Shown here piece after piece: positions 58,959 through 64,000 of a stretch of 64,000 nucleotides of DNA. The notes below the pieces were generated by a model that saw only the letters and a program-made list of their open reading frames with translations, searched no databases and was not told the origin of the DNA. The first letter of the stretch is position 1. Each line of letters starts with the position of its first letter. The stretch comes from Oceanispirochaeta sp. (GTDB taxonomy: Bacteria; Spirochaetota; Spirochaetia; DSM-2461), in contig CAXXXD010000001.1 in the NCBI GenBank assembly GCA_963663385.2, forward strand, positions 352,001 through 416,000. The letters are read 5' to 3'. Position numbers and translations under genes: made by a program.

Positions 58959-61571
58959 CTACAGACCTTTCGTCTTCACCCTCTCCAGAGCCCAAAGGGT
59001 ATATTTTCTAACCTTCTTGTCCGGATCCTGTTCCAGCTCCTGCAGGATCTGCTTTCCCTCTTCCGTATTCAGGGCTTCCAGAGCTTTTGTCACACTGACC
59101 CTTACTTCACTGTTAGGATCCCTTGCGGCCAGTACAATTCCCCGGAATGCCGCTTTGGTCCGGACTACCGAGAGAAAATCGGCCGCATTTTTTCTGATTT
59201 TCGGATCCCTGTGTTTCAGCAGCCTGATATTAGACTCCACATACCCCGAAGATTCCAGAACTTCCGCGATATAGTGATGGAGGGACGGGATATCTTCTTT
59301 CAGGAGCTCCACCATCAGACGCTCCCCGTCACTACCCATCATTTCAACAGACCGGCTGATATCATCCCGCAATTGAGGCCCGCCGTCTTTAAACTGTTCA
59401 ACCAGAACACTAAGACTCTTTTTATCCCGTTTCAGGCTGATCCCCTCCATACACTCATATTTAAGTTCGCCATCCTGATCCAGTTTACTGCAGAGGATCT
59501 CGACGGATTTGGTATTCACGGACAGAGACAGACCAATAATCGCGGCCTTTTTTACAGACTCCACCTCGTTCTCATCATTCATAAGAGCTTCCAGCTGCTT
59601 CAGAACGGAATCGGTTCCGAAGGCTCCCAGGGCTTTTGCCACTTCAATCCGGACATTTTCAACAGGATCCCTCAGCATTTCAATGCTTTTATTTAACTGT
59701 TTGGTGTCATTGTAATCGATCAGGGCCCATATACAGGCAATTCGAACTTCCGGATTCGCATCGTTCAAACCTTCCTGTATATATTTCAGAAAGGTTTTCT
59801 TGCCGGTAGCCGGAAGGCAGACAATAACAGAGGCCCTGCACTGTGCATCTACCGATTTCAGTATGGATTCCACTCTTTCATCAAACAGATCTTCTGCATA
59901 ACTGCTCAACATCCTGGCAAACTCTTTTCCTTCTTCCAGAGGAAGAATAGACAGATTTTCCAGAATTATCTGCAGACAGTACTCCTTTTTCAGATCACCC
60001 AGTAGTTTCAGCGCCTGAATCCGTACAGGATGGGAATATTCCGCCCTCCCCGCTTTGATTATATCCAGAACCATTTCCATCACATCCGGTTCCGGCATTT
60101 TCAAAAGAGTGGCACGCAGATCGTCCTTCAGGGGAAAATCGGGATCTTTCAAATACGATTCCAGAGTTGGCAGAAGAATACTGTGACTGCGGGAAGGGAT
60201 TCGCTCCAAAACCGACTTCAGCAGGATTTCATCTTTTCTGACTGCCTGTGCTTCTTTCTTCAGAAGATGAAATGATTCATCATTACCATGAAGAGAAATG
60301 CAATCCAGAGTATTACCGTAGATTTCGATCACTTCCGGATCTTTTTTATTTTCCCTATCCAGTTTAAAAACCTTTGAAGCAAGACAGTTGACAGCGGTCT
60401 GATTACCAACGTCTTTCAGTAAACGGGAAGCAACAAGGAGAGACCCGGGGTTATCAACCTTTTCAACATCCTGCAGAAAAAGGGTAACATTTACGTTAGC
60501 GGCATTCCGCAGCAGTTTATAGTTACGCTCCAGGTCTTCTTTATCATTAAGGTGACTTTCTCGGAAGAGCCGGCTTAAAACACCGCAGTCCTGAAGAAAA
60601 CGGGCAGCATTCTGCCTTAATTCCAGGTTCTCACTTCCCAGAATCGTCATTCCGAAATCCTGATCTTCCTGAGAGTTCTTATCCAGAAGCTGTACAATAT
60701 GTAAAGACTGCTCGGTGCCAAGATCCTCTTCCGACCATGTGTAAAAGGAGTGAAAATCCTTCAGAATCCGTTCTTTTGCCGCCCGGCGGACTTCCCAGAC
60801 AGGATCGTTCAGGAGCAGGTCCTTCAGAATATCAAACAGATAGGAACCGCTGATACTTTTCTGTTCCGTATCAAAGGGTTTTGTATCCTTGTCGATTTCC
60901 CTTACAACGGTCGATCGAACCAAACCATGAGAGTCATAAAAGGAGTCCCAGATGGCCCTGTCTGAACGAGCTTCACCATCATGCAGCAGAATCTTTACAG
61001 CCAGGTAACGGACCGCCCATTCAGGGTCGCCTGTTAATTCCCGGATTTCATCCATTCTATCCTGAAACAGAATCATTGCTTTATTCCCGTCAAAGTCCCG
61101 CCCGCGGCCTGAAAGGGCAATTCTTCTAAGAATCAGAAAATCCTTACTTTTATCTATAAAGGCAAAAAGGCCATCGGCAACTTTTTTATCATCCAGGGCT
61201 TTTTCAAATATGGAAAACAGACCCAGATCAGGAACAAATTCAAGAATCCAGTCCTGGAAATATTTCCTCCCGCTTTTCTCAAACTGCCTGATCCAGACCC
61301 CCCCCAGCTCCAGCTGTTCCGGCAGATTTACCCCCTGACACCTGGAAAGTTCTACAATCTGTTTTGATTTCTTACACAGCGAATCATACCCGTATCGGTT
61401 CATCAGGGGCTGAATGTTTTTACTGATTCCGGCTTCTTTCAGAAGTTTCAGAAAAACCTTTTTCCTGCGGTTCAATGCTATAAAGAAAACAAGAAGCGCT
61501 GTGATTACAACTGCTGCGGCAATGTAATAGTAATAAGGGATTCCTTTTAGAAACGGTAAAATGTTATTCAT
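58959..61571 (-). CDS. Membrane-anchored HEAT-repeat protein
   Basis: N-terminal TM followed by repeats such as L.DP...VR..A..AL (GDPEWAVRYLA, NDPVWEVRRAA, RDPVENVRIEVA, QDPDKKVRKYT). Confidence 0.85.
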   Translation of the reverse strand: MNNILPFLKGIPYYYYIAAAVVITALLVFFIALNRRKKVFLKLLKEAGISKNIQPLMNRYGYDSLCKKSKQIVELSRCQGVNLPEQLELGGVWIRQFEKSGRKYFQDWILEFVPDLGLFSIFEKALDDKKVADGLFAFIDKSKDFLILRRIALSGRGRDFDGNKAMILFQDRMDEIRELTGDPEWAVRYLAVKILLHDGEARSDRAIWDSFYDSHGLVRSTVVREIDKDTKPFDTEQKSISGSYLFDILKDLLLNDPVWEVRRAAKERILKDFHSFYTWSEEDLGTEQSLHIVQLLDKNSQEDQDFGMTILGSENLELRQNAARFLQDCGVLSRLFRESHLNDKEDLERNYKLLRNAANVNVTLFLQDVEKVDNPGSLLVASRLLKDVGNQTAVNCLASKVFKLDRENKKDPEVIEIYGNTLDCISLHGNDESFHLLKKEAQAVRKDEILLKSVLERIPSRSHSILLPTLESYLKDPDFPLKDDLRATLLKMPEPDVMEMVLDIIKAGRAEYSHPVRIQALKLLGDLKKEYCLQIILENLSILPLEEGKEFARMLSSYAEDLFDERVESILKSVDAQCRASVIVCLPATGKKTFLKYIQEGLNDANPEVRIACIWALIDYNDTKQLNKSIEMLRDPVENVRIEVAKALGAFGTDSVLKQLEALMNDENEVESVKKAAIIGLSLSVNTKSVEILCSKLDQDGELKYECMEGISLKRDKKSLSVLVEQFKDGGPQLRDDISRSVEMMGSDGERLMVELLKEDIPSLHHYIAEVLESSGYVESNIRLLKHRDPKIRKNAADFLSVVRTKAAFRGIVLAARDPNSEVRVSVTKALEALNTEEGKQILQELEQDPDKKVRKYTLWALERVKTKGL

Positions 61572-61584
61572 TGTCACTTCCTTT

Positions 61585-63159
61585 TTAAGCCATACCGGCA
61601 ACATTATATATTTGAATAGGTTTAATCTTACCCTTAACTTTAACAGGAGCTCTTTTCTCCAGGATAAAACGGTCATCCAGATAGCTTCTGGTGTCTTCGG
61701 TGATTATAATTTCACCTGCTCCGGATACACCTTCCAGCCTGGCCGCCAGATTCACCGTATCCCCAATAACCGTATAGTCCATCCGCCGGGAACTGCCCAG
61801 GTTACCTGCTACCAGATCTCCGGTATGCATCCCGAATCCGACTGCCAGATGCTCAGCCCTTCCTTTAAAAAAATGTCTGTCCTTTGATTTTACAAGATCC
61901 TGAATCTCTACGGCACAGGAAACGGCTTTTACAGCATCCTCCTTCTCATTGACCATGGGCACACCCCAGGCCGCCATAATGCAGTCACCTATGAATTTAT
62001 CGATGTAACCGCCGTATTTTATAACAATCTCTACGGCTTCCCTGAAGTATTCATTCAAAACCTCGATGATATATTCGGGTGTCTTATCCTCGGAGAATGA
62101 TGTATACCCCCTGATATCAGCAAAAAATACAGTGGCATGTTTCGTTCCCCCCCCGGGTTTAACCAGTTCCGGAGCATCAACAAGATTCTGAACAATGTCA
62201 TTTGACAGGTAACGGGCAAACATATCCTTGATAACACGACGGTCCTCTTTTGCAATATCCGCTGTAGCCTTCAGTTCCCTTTCTTTTGACTGATCCGTAA
62301 ACAGAAGTGTCAGACCTTTATGCTTTCCCCTTATCCCTCTCAGAGGTGATATATTCAGGGAAAAATCCATATCGCTGTCACCCGGGGAGTGCTTGAAGAT
62401 TCCCTCCAGTCCCAGTTGTTCCCTTCCGGATTCCTTGACTTTCTGAAGAGAGTTTAAAATCTTCTTACTCATATTTTTCCTGAATACAGTCTGAATTTCC
62501 TGTCCGATATGAGCCTCTGTTAAATGAAGACTCTCCTCGGCCTGTCTATTAAAGTATTCGATCCGGTCCTTTTCGTCTGTGGTAATCAGAAGATTTGTCA
62601 TGGATGAAAAAATACCGGTCTGATACTGTTCCAGCTCCTCCACCTGCTTAACATAATCCTTTAATTCCCTGAACAGCCTGGCATTGTGAAGCATCCCGCT
62701 CGCCTGCCTGGAAAAGGAGTTGGCAAAATTAAAACGGGCTTTAGTATAAAAATTCTCTTTTCTGGAATTCAGAAAAAGAACTCCTATATTCTGTTTCTTC
62801 GTAATAATGGGAAGAGCGATGCCGCTGTTCATCTGCTCATTCAGAAAAAGGTCATGAAAAGCCAGTTTCTTTCTTTCCTGTAAAACAAGTGCTGAGGGAC
62901 ATTCCTGAAGGAACTCAATGACTTCCGAATTCCCCGGCATCCCCACGGGGATCGGAAAGTTTCCTCTTTTGTAAATCATCTTGAGATCTGAGCAGGCAGC
63001 CTCATGATCTATATAAAGGTACAGGGCTGCAATATCGGAATGAGTAACATCCAGAGATTGCTCAACCAAAACCGAAATCAGTGGTTTAAGCTCGAATTCA
63101 CCGGACAGAAGAGTACTGGCTCGAACAAGTTCATCCAGAACACTTTGTTCATCAATCAT
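61585..63159 (-). CDS. Class III adenylate/guanylate cyclase with GAF and PAS domains
   Basis: FADIRGYT, IDKFIGD, MDYTVIGDTVNLAARLE, VKGK; N-terminal GAF (IALPI...IGVLFL) and PAS (YFNRQAE). Confidence 0.92.
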   Translation of the reverse strand: MIDEQSVLDELVRASTLLSGEFELKPLISVLVEQSLDVTHSDIAALYLYIDHEAACSDLKMIYKRGNFPIPVGMPGNSEVIEFLQECPSALVLQERKKLAFHDLFLNEQMNSGIALPIITKKQNIGVLFLNSRKENFYTKARFNFANSFSRQASGMLHNARLFRELKDYVKQVEELEQYQTGIFSSMTNLLITTDEKDRIEYFNRQAEESLHLTEAHIGQEIQTVFRKNMSKKILNSLQKVKESGREQLGLEGIFKHSPGDSDMDFSLNISPLRGIRGKHKGLTLLFTDQSKERELKATADIAKEDRRVIKDMFARYLSNDIVQNLVDAPELVKPGGGTKHATVFFADIRGYTSFSEDKTPEYIIEVLNEYFREAVEIVIKYGGYIDKFIGDCIMAAWGVPMVNEKEDAVKAVSCAVEIQDLVKSKDRHFFKGRAEHLAVGFGMHTGDLVAGNLGSSRRMDYTVIGDTVNLAARLEGVSGAGEIIITEDTRSYLDDRFILEKRAPVKVKGKIKPIQIYNVAGMA

Positions 63160-63299
63160 GTTACATCTCCATAGGTAAACGACTGTTATTATAGAAATAT
63201 ACGAGAGATAACTTGTTCTTACAAGGTTTTAGCGAAACTCTTATAATGACCTCTCACCTTCTTTATGATATCATATCTGAGTCAAATCTGGAGAATGGA

Positions 63300-63680
63300 A
63301 TGAAAGAAGAAACAGTAATACAGGAAAACCCCGGAAAAAGGAATAGAAAGACCTTCCTTACAGGACGTGGAATATTGGTCAGCTTATCCTCTGCAACCCT
63401 GGGCAGGACCTATATAGTTAATCAGGAGAACATAACGATAGGACGGGATTCTTCCTGCGACATCTGTCTGGATGATCCCCTTGTCAGCAAAGTGCATAGC
63501 CGGATTACTGTAGAGGACCAAAGAATATTTAAAATTGAAGATCTCGGATCTACAAACGGTACCTACCTGAACAAGAAAAGATTATCCAGACCGACTCAGA
63601 TGTATTATAGTGACAGAGTTGTGATAGGCAGTTCCATCTTCAGATTTTTTATTGAAGAAACCCTTGATAAAACTATGTAA
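63300..63680 (+). CDS. FHA domain protein
   Basis: IGR....DI.L.D..VSKVH, DLGSTNGTYLN. Confidence 0.9.
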   Translation: MKEETVIQENPGKRNRKTFLTGRGILVSLSSATLGRTYIVNQENITIGRDSSCDICLDDPLVSKVHSRITVEDQRIFKIEDLGSTNGTYLNKKRLSRPTQMYYSDRVVIGSSIFRFFIEETLDKTM

Positions 63681-63695
63681 TTTCAGGAGAAAAAC

Positions 63696-64000
63696 ATGTC
63701 CGAAGGCAAATTACCTGTACTGGTTCAGCAAACATATAACGGAATTAAAAAAATCATTGATCTTGGAGGATATGATTCTCATGGGCAGCTTCCCTCTGAG
63801 AACATACTGTCGGAAAAGCTGAATGTAAGCAGGGCAACCATCCGGACAGCCCTCGCCAGACTCGAATATGACGGAATAATCAAAAGGATTCATGGAAAGG
63901 GAACTTTCATAAGGGAAAAATCCATTAACCTCGAAACTCCACTTCAGGAAAAGTGGGACTTTATACCCATGCTGGAAGAGAAAGGACAGGTTGTTAAAAT
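63696..64000 (+). CDS. GntR family transcriptional regulator, N-terminal part (runs off window end)
   Basis: Manual translation from ATG 63696 (AGGAG RBS): ...QLPSENILSEKLNVSRATIRTALARLEYDGIIKRIHGKGTF. Confidence 0.88.
   Translation, partial: MSEGKLPVLVQQTYNGIKKIIDLGGYDSHGQLPSENILSEKLNVSRATIRTALARLEYDGIIKRIHGKGTFIREKSINLETPLQEKWDFIPMLEEKGQVVK

Overview
Bacterial chromosomal window, most likely from a free-living spirochaete (inferred from the hprK-hpf-rpoN-lptB-lptA-lptC synteny, a stand-alone cheR-cheB pair, a long-insert LepB and 'GSQE/GGTQE'-type exported proteins). Core genes occupy about 1-7.6 kb and probably the HEAT-repeat/cyclase/FHA/GntR block at about 59-64 kb. Between them lies an accretion zone of carbohydrate-uptake and catabolism modules: two Gfo/Idh/MocA oxidoreductases with a TIM-barrel isomerase, three ABC importers, two YesM/YesN-type two-component systems, several AraC regulators, GH95 and GH38 hydrolases and an unassigned putative glycoside hydrolase. 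Two identical tRNA-Leu(CAG) genes, each with its own promoter and a near-identical terminator, lie 33.5 kb apart. The most striking element is an intact IS110-family recombinase element at about 9832-11217. It sits in a Shine-Dalgarno sequence (AGGAG at both junctions) and has 10-bp sub-terminal inverted repeats. Its non-coding left end holds two parallel stem-loop modules, one matching the reconstructed target (TACAGGAGA) and one matching the reconstructed circle junction (ATAGGAG). This is a candidate bridge RNA programmed to ribosome-binding sites. All calls come from reading the sequence and ORF track; no database searches were run.
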